This document shows positions 1 to 7,631 of a DNA stretch of 25,113 bases, one piece after another. The translations under genes were made by a program, and so were the position numbers. How positions within the stretch are numbered: position 1 is the stretch's first letter; every line of letters begins with the position of its first letter. This stretch comes from Elusimicrobiota bacterium (GTDB lineage: Bacteria; Elusimicrobiota; Elusimicrobia; UBA1565): positions 1 to 25,113 of the forward strand of contig JBDREN010000223.1 of assembly GCA_043819795.1 (NCBI GenBank). Reading direction: 5' to 3'. A model generated the notes under the pieces. That model was not told the origin of the DNA. It saw only the letters and a program-made list of their open reading frames with translations, and searched no databases.

Positions 1-6
1 TGAAGG

Positions 7-433
7 CCCGCGCGAGAGAGGTGCCGTGCTCGCGCGGGTGCTCTCGCTGGGGGCTTCCGCCCCCTCGCGCCCGCAAGGCCCACATCGACTTAGTGGGCCT
101 TGCGGGTCACCCCCACTAAGGTGCGCCGGCCATGCGGCGCACTGAATATGTCGCATCCGGCCATCAGGCCGGAGGCTACGGCCCGGCCGAGGTCAACAAC
201 CCCGTAGCCGCGCCTTTCGGCGCTGAGGGGCCGGGCCCGCCCCTCGCTCCGAGAGGATAAGTCCTCCGCTCGGTGCTCCCCAATAGGGGGCTCTGCCCCC
301 TGTCGGCGCGCGGCTTTCGCCCTTCGGGCGACGCCTCGCTGTCACCCCCGAAGGGGAGTTCCCGTGGGTCGCACCCCTTCGTGAGGCCGGCGGGCCATGC
401 CGCCGGTCCTGATATCCGGTCCTTACGCCGGAA
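7..433. repeat. Hairpin-dense non-coding array containing two diverged copies of a structured unit (candidate REP-like element or structured ncRNA)
   Basis: More than 10 near-contiguous stems, e.g. 7-16/29-38, 49-64, 70-83/93-106 (14 bp), 121-142, 210-223, 317-331, 387-406. Units ~37-149 and ~272-415 share GGTGCTC, GGGGGCT..GCCCCCT, a GCCATG hairpin loop and CTGA(A)TAT. Confidence 0.6.
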
Positions 434-434
434 T

Positions 435-508
435 TGGAGCGGGCGATGGGAATCGAACCCACGTAACGAGCTTGGAAGGCTCGTGTTCTACCACTGAACT
501 ACGCCCGC
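435..508 (-). tRNA. tRNA-Gly (anticodon TCC)
   Basis: Reverse complement GCGGGCGTAGTTCAGTGGTAGAACACGAGCCTTCCAAGCTCGTTACGTGGGTTCGATTCCCATCGCCCGCTCCA forms a cloverleaf: anticodon arm CGAGC-CTTCCAA-GCTCG, T-loop GTTCGATTC, encoded CCA. Confidence 0.98.
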
Positions 509-604
509 AAACGAAAACGACTCTAGATATTTCATGCCGGCGACATGAGATATCAAGGGTCGTTTCCAGGAATCGTCCAGGAAAAGACTCCGTAAGATTC
601 TTGA

Positions 605-634
605 ATTGTATCGCAAACCTCGGGGCTTTGTCAA
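605..634 (-). promoter_or_regulatory. sigma70-type promoter for tRNA-Gly
   Basis: TTGACA (634-629), 18 nt, TACAAT (610-605) on the minus strand, about 100 nt upstream of the tRNA. Confidence 0.7.
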
Positions 635-689
635 ACCCGATTTTCCGCCGCCGGGGGGCGCGTCGCGGCCCGCGGCGCGGCGGCCGGCG

Positions 690-1442
690 TCACCCTCCCT
701 CGGGCGGCACCAGCAGCGGGAGGATCTCGCCGGCCTTGCCCCGCAGGGAGACGTCAGCCACCGCCGTGAGGGCCGAGGGCTGCGGGTTCACCTCGACGAC
801 GAACGCGCCCGCCTTCTTGGCGATCCGGGCCAGAGAGGCGGCGGGCTCCACGGCTCCCGCCGTCCCGACGATGAAGAATATTTCGGCACTCTGGGCCGCC
901 GAGAAGGCCCGCTCGAAGGTCCCGGGCGGCAGGCTCTCCCCGAACCAGACCACGTCGGGACGCAGCAGCCCCCCGCATTCCGGGCATCGGGGGGGTATCT
1001 CCGGCAGCGGGGTCGTGCGGTCCTCGAGGGCGTGCGCGCAGGAGATGCAGCGCATCCGCCAGATATCGCCGTGCAGATACAGGATGCGCCGGTTCCCGGC
1101 CAGACGGTGCAGGCCGTCCACGTTCTGGGTGATGAGCCAGAAGTCCCGGCAGCGCGCCTCGATCGCGGCCAGGGCTTTGTGGCCGGGGTTCGGCTCGGCC
1201 TTGGCGATGAGCCCCCGGCGCCAGTCGTACCACTCCCAGACGAGGCGCGGGTCGCTCGCGAAGGCCTCGGGCGTTGCGAGCTCTTCCGGGCGGAACTTCC
1301 GCCAGAGCCCGCCGGGGCCGCGAAAGGTCGGCACGCCGCTTTCGGCCGAGATGCCGGCGCCCGTCAGCGCGCAGAGCCGGCTTTTCCCGGAGAGTTCGGC
1401 CCGGACCCGTTTTACCGCTTCTTGCATGAAAGGCGCATCCAT
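690..1442 (-). CDS. cobB: NAD-dependent protein deacylase, Sir2 family (class III, CobB-like)
   Basis: GAGISAESGVPTFRG, WEWYDWRR (class III YxxR), ITQNVDGLH, LHG, two CxxC zinc pairs, RPDVVWFGE. Start placed at ATG 1442 (alternative 1427), not the track's 1559. Confidence 0.93.
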   Translation of the reverse strand: MDAPFMQEAVKRVRAELSGKSRLCALTGAGISAESGVPTFRGPGGLWRKFRPEELATPEAFASDPRLVWEWYDWRRGLIAKAEPNPGHKALAAIEARCRDFWLITQNVDGLHRLAGNRRILYLHGDIWRMRCISCAHALEDRTTPLPEIPPRCPECGGLLRPDVVWFGESLPPGTFERAFSAAQSAEIFFIVGTAGAVEPAASLARIAKKAGAFVVEVNPQPSALTAVADVSLRGKAGEILPLLVPPEGG

Positions 1443-1687
1443 AGCCGACAGTATATATAGTCGGGAGGCCGCCGTCTTGTGCATGCCGACGGAATCATGA
1501 CCACGGCCGCCGACTCCCGGAGCGACAGATGCGAGTCGGACTATGCGGGCGTAGGACAAGGGAATTGCCCATCCGGCCGGCCAGGAATTTCTTTAAGTTC
1601 AACGCCACAGCGGCATAGCACATATAAGAACTTTGAGCGAATAGAAGCCAAAACGAACTTGTAAAATAGGCCTTTTTATTAAGGAAT

Positions 1688-1756
1688 ATGTAACAAACAA
1701 TGTTACATGCAGCAACATGCTTGTTAATTGACAAAGCTCGGCAGCAGGGGCACAAT
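1688..1756 (+). promoter_or_regulatory. Operator-like palindrome plus sigma70-type promoter in an AT-rich patch
   Basis: ATGTAACA-N5-TGTTACAT (1688-1708); TTGACA (1728-1733), 17 nt, CACAAT (1751-1756). Confidence 0.5.
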
Positions 1757-1796
1757 GATACGGTAGCCCGATTATGGGCGGGATGATTGTGAAATC

Positions 1797-2037
1797 CATT
1801 CCTGTCCGGTTAAAGTTGGAGGCATAGCTGTAGGTCTTGACGATTGAGCCTGGCGAGCCGGGCCTCGTTGAGATTGAGCAGGTCCATCAGGGAGGCGCGG
1901 TCGAGCAGGGTTTCGCGGATCAGCCGATGGAGGTGGAAGAGGGAAAAGCGGCAGCGAGACTGGAATTTGATGTAGGCCAGCAGCAGGTAGTAGCACATGG
2001 CCACCCATATCTGGGTCAGCACGGCGTTCTTGGAAGC
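1797..2037 (-). mobile_element. IS4-family remnant: transposase C-terminus and probable terminal inverted repeat
   Basis: [24 protein letters not shown]...LIRETLLDR resembles the C-terminus of IS4-family transposases (GTSxNAVxTQIW type). The stop at 1810 overlaps TTAACCGGACAGGAATG, which resembles an IS4-type end. Confidence 0.75.
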
Positions 2038-2043
2038 GCCGCC

Positions 2044-2183
2044 GCGATAGCTTTCTCCAACTCCTCCGGCGAGCAGTAGACCACGAGCTTCACTCGTCCC
2101 TTGATTTTCTTGTTCACCGCCTCGACTTTCCCCTGGGTCTGAGGATGGTACGGCCGCCCGAAGATGTGCCGGATGCCCTGCAG
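2044..2183 (-). pseudogene. Fragment of a DDE integrase-core (rve) transposase, IS481/IS3-like
   Basis: [26 protein letters not shown]...[10 protein letters not shown] matches the PxxPQxxGKxE catalytic-Glu segment; only about 47 codons remain. Confidence 0.75.
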
Positions 2184-2446
2184 CCCGGCGCCCGCCCCTC
2201 CGCCACATGCGATAGAATCTCCTGTCCGCGGGGTTCCTCGGCGCATACCCGTTCACCTCGGCCTGAAAACATGGCCCCATGAACCTCCTGGATCGGCGCA
2301 TCGCAGGCGTCCACGCGGGGCTCGCCTTGTATTCCCCCTCATCGTGGGGGCGGCGGGTCTGATCCAGATGTCCGGGTGAGGAGCCCCGCGCGCGCCATGC
2401 GTGCCCGGATCGTCGTCTGGGCGGGAAATATTCTATACTCCATCGT

Positions 2447-3508
2447 ATGAATCAAGGATTTAACGACCTGCTTCAGTTGAAGTTCCTGGGCAACACCGTC
2501 CAGGCCTATGGGACCGCGGCGCTCACGTTCGCCGGGGTGCTGGCGGGCGCCTACATCGCGCACAGGATTCTGGTCGGCCGCCTGCGCAAGCTGGCCGCCA
2601 AGACCGGGGGCGGGTTCGACGATTTCCTCGTGAATCTGCTTGCCAAGATCAGCTCCTTGGATTTCGCCGTAATCGCCCTGTATCTGGCCACCCATCCGCT
2701 CCAGGCGAACCCCACCTTCCACAAGATCATCCACGTGGCGTTCGTGATCGTGCTGAGCTGGAGGGCCGTGACGCTGGCTCAGGAACTTCTGGGCTACGTC
2801 TTGCGCAACGCGACGGAGAAGGTCGGGATCGAGGACGCGCACGCTTCGTCCGCGCTCAGGAACATCCAGCACCTGCTCAACGGGGTCATCTGGGTCGGGG
2901 CGCTCCTGTTCGTGCTCGACAACCTGGGCGTCAACATCACCGCGGCCGTGGCCGGGCTCGGCATCGGCGGCATCGCGGTGGCGATGGCGGCCCAGCAGAT
3001 CCTTGGCGACCTCTTCAGCTCCTTCGTCATCTTCACGGACAAGCCGTTCAAGGTCGGGGACTTCATCATCGTCGGGGACATGATGGGGACCGTGGACTAC
3101 GTGGGCATCAAGACGACCCGCATCCGCAGCCTGGGCGGGGAGATGCTGGTCTTCTCGAACTCGGACCTGACCAACTCGCGCATCCGCAACTACAAGCTCA
3201 TGAAGGAGCGCCGCGTGGTCTTCGGGTTCGGGGTCGTCTACCAGACGCCCTACGACAAGGTCCGGACCATCCCGGACATCGTGAAGGATGTCGTGGGCGG
3301 GGTCAAGGAGGCACGTCTCGACCGGGTGCACTTCAAGGCCTTCGGCTCTTCCAGCCTGGATTTCGAGGTGGTCTACTACGTCCTGTCGGGCGACTACAAC
3401 CTGTACATGGACATCCAGCAGACGATCAATCTGGGGCTGATGAAGCGATTCGAGGAACAGAAGATCGAGTTCGCCTACCCCACGCAGACCCTCTACCTCA
3501 ACAAGTAG
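2447..3508 (+). CDS. Small-conductance mechanosensitive channel, MscS family
   Basis: Several TM segments, AGLGIGGIAVAMAAQQILGDLFSSFVIFTDKPFKVGDFI, GTVDYVGIKTTRIRSLGGE, C-terminal IEFAYPTQT. Confidence 0.95.
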   Translation: MNQGFNDLLQLKFLGNTVQAYGTAALTFAGVLAGAYIAHRILVGRLRKLAAKTGGGFDDFLVNLLAKISSLDFAVIALYLATHPLQANPTFHKIIHVAFVIVLSWRAVTLAQELLGYVLRNATEKVGIEDAHASSALRNIQHLLNGVIWVGALLFVLDNLGVNITAAVAGLGIGGIAVAMAAQQILGDLFSSFVIFTDKPFKVGDFIIVGDMMGTVDYVGIKTTRIRSLGGEMLVFSNSDLTNSRIRNYKLMKERRVVFGFGVVYQTPYDKVRTIPDIVKDVVGGVKEARLDRVHFKAFGSSSLDFEVVYYVLSGDYNLYMDIQQTINLGLMKRFEEQKIEFAYPTQTLYLNK

Positions 3509-3536
3509 CGGCGGGGCTTCCGCGGACCGTCGTTAA

Positions 3537-4538
3537 TCAGGGGCCCGGCCGGCGTGCGCTCACGGACGGCGAGGAGCGCTGCCTCGCCAGGCGCTGCTGG
3601 TCTGTCCGCCACTCCGAGTAGCGCGCCCGGGCGGCGTCGTAGTCCCCCTCGTTGTCTATGTCCACGGCGCAGCCCCCCATGTCCGTCGGGATCAGGCGGA
3701 AGGACGCACCCAGCAGGCGGCCCACGTGGCTCTCGACTCTCGCTATGGGGAGGCTCCGGCGGATGAGGTCCGCCGTCCGGCGCCAGCCCTTCCTGTCGGC
3801 GAACGACGCCAGGTGAAGGTGGAGAAAGACCAGGAGGGTCGCTATCCCGCTTTCCTCGGCCAGAAGCACGTGCAGGGCCAGCCGGACGATATTGGTGAGC
3901 CGCTTCTGGTAGCGATGCTCGAACGTCTCCTCGATCCGGCGCCAGCGGGCGATCCGCGCGAGCTTGACGAGGTGGAGGTTGCTGTGGCGGAAGCGGCCTT
4001 CTTTGAAGTTCGAGCACATCATCCGAATGCCCGGCCCCCCGGGCGACTTCGGGTGGAAGGGCCGCATCGCCTCGGCGCCGACCATGCCGATGGCGTAGTC
4101 GCATCTCGCGCGGCCGGCGCGGCGGATGAACTGCGTTATCTCCTCGGGGGTGGCGAAGGGGAGGTCTCCCGACAGGTAGAGCGCGCGGGTGTCATAGTCC
4201 TCCGGCTTGGGGTCCCTCCCCTCGGGTCCGGCTCCCGGGAGAAGCATCCGGAAGGCCCCCCATGCGTTCTCGAACAGGCTCCAGCGCTGCGGGACGATAT
4301 GGACCGGCGTTCCCGGCTTGCCGGGGAGGTATTCTTCGGCGAGGGCGGCCTTCAGGCGCTTCGGATCGCCGACGACCCATATCTCGGAGACCTCGGGGAC
4401 GCGCCGGAGCGCCGAGACCAGGTGCGCGACGAGCGGCCGGCCGTCGAGCTCAAGGTAGACCTTGTTTCGGCCGTAGACCGTCTTGGCCGAGCGTCCTTCG
4501 CCGGCGAGCACGACAGCGGGAAAGGCGAGGTCCTTCAA
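3537..4538 (-). CDS. Nucleotidyltransferase-like (MobA/NTP_transf_3 type, GT-A fold) protein, substrate unknown
   Basis: N-terminal AVVLAGEG...NKVYLELDGRPLVAHLVSAL, central SGDLPF, C-terminal DIDNEGDY; GGAGG before a TTG start; TATAAT upstream (4581-4576). Confidence 0.75.
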   Translation of the reverse strand: MKDLAFPAVVLAGEGRSAKTVYGRNKVYLELDGRPLVAHLVSALRRVPEVSEIWVVGDPKRLKAALAEEYLPGKPGTPVHIVPQRWSLFENAWGAFRMLLPGAGPEGRDPKPEDYDTRALYLSGDLPFATPEEITQFIRRAGRARCDYAIGMVGAEAMRPFHPKSPGGPGIRMMCSNFKEGRFRHSNLHLVKLARIARWRRIEETFEHRYQKRLTNIVRLALHVLLAEESGIATLLVFLHLHLASFADRKGWRRTADLIRRSLPIARVESHVGRLLGASFRLIPTDMGGCAVDIDNEGDYDAARARYSEWRTDQQRLARQRSSPSVSARRPGP

Positions 4539-4703
4539 ATTCGGGAACCTCCGGCATCGAACCGGGCGTAAACCTATTATAGAGCATTTGGCCGGGGGAA
4601 ATAGCTATCAGCACGCTATTCCGGGCCTTGCCGGGATTTGAAAGCGGGAAGAAAAATTATACAATTATCCCGAATTGATCCTAGACCGCCGGAGGCTAAC
4701 GAC

Positions 4704-5225
4704 ATGGCGAATCTATACACGATCCTCAAGTCCGAGATCGTCCGCTTGGCACGCCGGGCCACGCGCCCGACGTTCGCTAAAATGAAGAAAGACGTGGTGG
4801 TGCTCAAGCATCAGAACGCCGAGTATCGGCGCATCCTGACGCAGCTTCAGCGCGACAACACCCATCTCATGACCGATCTGAACGCAAAGCTCAAGGCCCC
4901 GCCGAAAGCCTCCGAGAAGGAGCTCGAGATCGCGCGGCTCAGCCCGCGCCTGATCCGGAGCCAGCGCAAGCGCCTGGGCCTGTCCCGGGAGAGCTTCGCG
5001 AAGCTGCTGGGCGTGAGCGCCGGCTCGGTCGTCGGCTGGGAAGGCGGCAAGGCCAAGCCGCGCGCGGCCGCCAGGGGCGCTTTGATCGGCATCCGGAAGC
5101 TCGGCAAGCGCGAGGCGCGCAAGCGGCTCGAGGTGATCGGGAAAGAGGGGAACGGCTCGACCAAGCACCACGTCAAGAAGCACAAGCGGATCCACGTGCA
5201 GGCGAAGCAGGTCTCGGTCAATTAG
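4704..5225 (+). CDS. XRE-family HTH DNA-binding protein with N-terminal coiled coil
   Basis: GGAGG RBS before ATG 4704; IRSQRKRLGLSRESFAKLLGVSAGSVVGWEGGKAKP is a Cro/C1-type HTH; TTGAAA-N16-TACAAT at 4638-4665. Confidence 0.85.
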   Translation: MANLYTILKSEIVRLARRATRPTFAKMKKDVVVLKHQNAEYRRILTQLQRDNTHLMTDLNAKLKAPPKASEKELEIARLSPRLIRSQRKRLGLSRESFAKLLGVSAGSVVGWEGGKAKPRAAARGALIGIRKLGKREARKRLEVIGKEGNGSTKHHVKKHKRIHVQAKQVSVN

Positions 5226-5252
5226 TCCGGCCGTATCACGAGTCGCGGCCGC

Positions 5253-5288
5253 AAGGCCTGGCCCGGTCTCCGGGCCAGGCCTTTTGTT
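5253..5288 (+). terminator. Rho-independent terminator
   Basis: AAGGCCTGGCCCGG-TCT-CCGGGCCAGGCCTT perfect stem running into a T-rich tail, about 27 nt after the XRE gene stop. Confidence 0.8.
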
Positions 5289-5308
5289 AAGGTGCGCCCG
5301 GACGATAA

Positions 5309-5569
5309 ATGAAGCTCATTGCGATCCAGGTACGCTGCAGCGCCGGCTACAAGGCCGGCGAGGCTCCCCTGAGTTTCCACCGGGATGACCGCTGGGTGCG
5401 GGTCGAGGAGGTCCTGGAGCGGTGGTGCGAGGGCGGCCGTGAACCCAGGCAGCCGATCTCGGATTATTTCAGGGTCATGGGCGACGACGGTCGCCCGCGC
5501 CTGCTCAAGCGCGATCGCGGCGCGGACGAGTGGTATCTGGTTGACGAGGGCTTCGGCCGTCGCCCGTAG
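5309..5569 (+). CDS. Small conserved hypothetical protein (possibly DUF6504-like)
   Basis: 86 aa with V-x-C-x-AGY...P-x-x-F...VEEVLERW...YFRV-x-G-x-DG...W, a pattern recalled from a small bacterial family; host-like codon usage. Confidence 0.65.
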   Translation: MKLIAIQVRCSAGYKAGEAPLSFHRDDRWVRVEEVLERWCEGGREPRQPISDYFRVMGDDGRPRLLKRDRGADEWYLVDEGFGRRP

Positions 5570-5630
5570 GCCCGTCTCCCGACTGTGCCGCTCCTCTAAC
5601 TTAACAGCAAAAGGTGCGGGCCCTACCCGC

Positions 5631-6059
5631 TCAGTATCTGGATATCTCGGCGGTCCCGCGCGCGAGGCGTGCTCGCGCGGCGGCCGCGCCCAGCGCGTCG
5701 ATGAGGACGTCGGACCACCTGCCGAGACGGCCGGGAACGAAGCTCTGGTGCCATTCATCCGTCACGGCGTAGAGCACGCAGAACGCGAAGGCGGACAGGC
5801 TCGCCAGACGCCCGTCCGCGAAGACGGTCCCGGCCAGCGCGCGCCGGGCCAGGGCGTAGAGCACGGCGTACTCGACCAGATGGCAAAGCTTGCGGAAGGC
5901 GAGGCCGAGGTAGAAGAGGGGGTCCCGGAACTCCACTGGCGTGGTCCCGCCTCCGGGAAGAGACGATAGGCCGAAGATGACGGCGCACCACAGGGCGAGG
6001 GCGATCCACGGCCCGGCGGCGCTCCGGCCTCGGGCGGGAGCGGACTCTTGCCGGCTCAC
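5631..6059 (-). CDS. VanZ family membrane protein
   Basis: IFGLSS, RKLCHLVEYAVL, YAVTDEWHQSFVPGR, DVLIDALG; GTG start overlaps the upstream stop (GTGA). Confidence 0.9.
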   Translation of the reverse strand: MSRQESAPARGRSAAGPWIALALWCAVIFGLSSLPGGGTTPVEFRDPLFYLGLAFRKLCHLVEYAVLYALARRALAGTVFADGRLASLSAFAFCVLYAVTDEWHQSFVPGRLGRWSDVLIDALGAAAARARLARGTAEISRY

Positions 6060-6550
6060 TTCGGGAATTCGACCTCCAGGATCTCGATCGTCGTCTCGCC
6101 CGCGGGCCGAAGCCAAGTCGCCTTGTCTCCCGGCTTGGCGCCCAGCACGGCCTCGGCCAGGGGCGAGGACCAGCTGACGGTGCCGGCCTCCGCGTCGGCC
6201 TCGTCGTGGCCGACGATAGTGAAGGCGCGGGTATTCCCGTCCGGCTCCCGAGTCTTGACGCTGGCCCCGAAGCGGACGACGCCGGGCTCCTGTTTGGCGG
6301 GGTCCACCACGATCGCGCTCTCGAGCCTGGCCTCGAAATAGCGAAGGTCCCGCTCGACCGGCCTTCTCTGCTTGGCGGTCGTGACGTCCCCCGAGACTAG
6401 ACGCTTGCGTTCCGCCTCGAGATCGAGGACCCTCTCGCGCAGGAGGGTCTTGCCCCGCGGGGTAACGTAGTTGGGGCCCGGCGGGACCGGGCGCTCGGGG
6501 AGCTCGTCCCCGTATTGATCCCCTTCCTCTTTGACGAAAGCTCGGCTCAT
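6056..6550 (-). CDS. GreA/GreB family transcription elongation factor
   Basis: MSRAFVKE...NYVTPRG N-terminus; VRFGASV, FTIVGHDEAD, VSWSSPLAEAVLGAKPGD C-terminal domain. Confidence 0.9.
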   Translation of the reverse strand: MSRAFVKEEGDQYGDELPERPVPPGPNYVTPRGKTLLRERVLDLEAERKRLVSGDVTTAKQRRPVERDLRYFEARLESAIVVDPAKQEPGVVRFGASVKTREPDGNTRAFTIVGHDEADAEAGTVSWSSPLAEAVLGAKPGDKATWLRPAGETTIEILEVEFPK

Positions 6551-6632
6551 CGGTCGGTCGGCTCGACGCGGAGCGGTCCGCTCGAGCGGCGTTGGTAGGT
6601 TAGCACCCATCGGGCCTCGTTGTCCACTCGTA

Positions 6633-6736
6633 CGCGTCCCTCCCCCGCGGGGAGGGACGCGGGGATAGGAGGGGGGCAGAGGCATCTGCCCCCCCGCATG
6701 GGCGGCCCCCCGCGGGGGGGGCCGCCGACAGGGGGC
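6633..6736. repeat. Cluster of three perfect GC-rich hairpins in a divergent intergenic region
   Basis: Stems 6633-6645/6649-6661 (13 bp), 6671-6680/6685-6694 (10 bp, GGCA loop), 6701-6711/6716-6726 (11 bp). Confidence 0.6.
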
Positions 6737-6785
6737 CGCCGAAATGCGCGCGCCGTCTGGAATTTACTATGATTGAACCCTGCTT

Positions 6786-7571
6786 ATGACCCAGAACGCC
6801 TCCGAGAGGGAACTCCGGACCGAGGTCGTCCGCTACGCCAAGCTGCTCGCCGCGAAGGACTTCGCGCCGGGGACATCCGGCAACATCAGCGCCCGCCTGG
6901 ACGCGCGGCGCGTCCTGATCACCCCGAGCGGCATCGGCAAGGGGGATCTCCGGACCGAGGACCTGGTGGTCGTGGACATGGGCGGCCGCCGGCTCTCGGG
7001 CCGGCACGCGCCCACATCCGAGTCGGCGATGCACAGGATGATCCTGCGGGCCCGCCCCGACGTCCAGGCCGTCGTCCACGCCCACCCGGCCACGGCCACG
7101 GGCTTCGCGTGCGCGGGCGTCGCTCTCGACCAGCCCCTGGCCTCCGAGTTCATCCAGGCGCTCGGCTGCGCGCCCCTGGCCCCCTACGGCACGCCGGGGA
7201 CCGAGGAGCTTCCCGAGTCCCTTCGGGGCCTGGTCAAGGACCATGACGCCATCCTCCTGGCGAACCACGGCGTCGTGACGTTCGGGGGTGACCTTTTCGA
7301 CGCCTTCGCGAAGATGGAGCTTGTCGAGCACTACGCGCGCATCCTGCTCGTCGTGAGGCAGCTCAAGCGCGAGCAGCCGCTGCGGGAGGAGGAAGTGGTG
7401 AAGCTCCTCGAGGCGCGGGCCCGCTACTTCGGCCTCGATAAGCCCCCCGAGCGCCAGCCCCGATGCCCCACCCGGGGAACGGGAGCCGCCCCCGTCGCCG
7501 CGCCGGCAGGGAAAGGGGCGTCCCGGCGGGACCTCGAGCGGATCATCGAAGAGGTCCTGAAAAAGCTCTGA
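6786..7571 (+). CDS. Class II aldolase/adducin family protein (FucA-like)
   Basis: GTSGNISAR, ITPSG, PTSESAMH, VVHAHP, LLANHGVV metal-binding motifs. Confidence 0.92.
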   Translation: MTQNASERELRTEVVRYAKLLAAKDFAPGTSGNISARLDARRVLITPSGIGKGDLRTEDLVVVDMGGRRLSGRHAPTSESAMHRMILRARPDVQAVVHAHPATATGFACAGVALDQPLASEFIQALGCAPLAPYGTPGTEELPESLRGLVKDHDAILLANHGVVTFGGDLFDAFAKMELVEHYARILLVVRQLKREQPLREEEVVKLLEARARYFGLDKPPERQPRCPTRGTGAAPVAAPAGKGASRRDLERIIEEVLKKL

Positions 7572-7631
7572 GCGCCGGCGAGGCGCCGGAAGATCGCCCC
7601 AAAGAATTGTAAAATAAGAGCACCGACCGTC

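Noticed and set aside
7..433. CRISPR array
   Set aside because: No identical, regularly spaced repeats and no cas genes.
435..508. tRNA-Gly as the attachment site of an integrated element
   Set aside because: No duplicated tRNA 3' end and no integrase seen; anything left of base 1 cannot be assessed.
1810..2301. The 163-aa ORF as an intact gene
   Set aside because: Chimeric: only the last ~75 codons are transposase-like, and the rest overlaps another remnant out of frame.
3537..4538. IspD of the MEP pathway
   Set aside because: Too long and lacks the IspD QTPQ motif; only the generic nucleotide-binding fold is shared.
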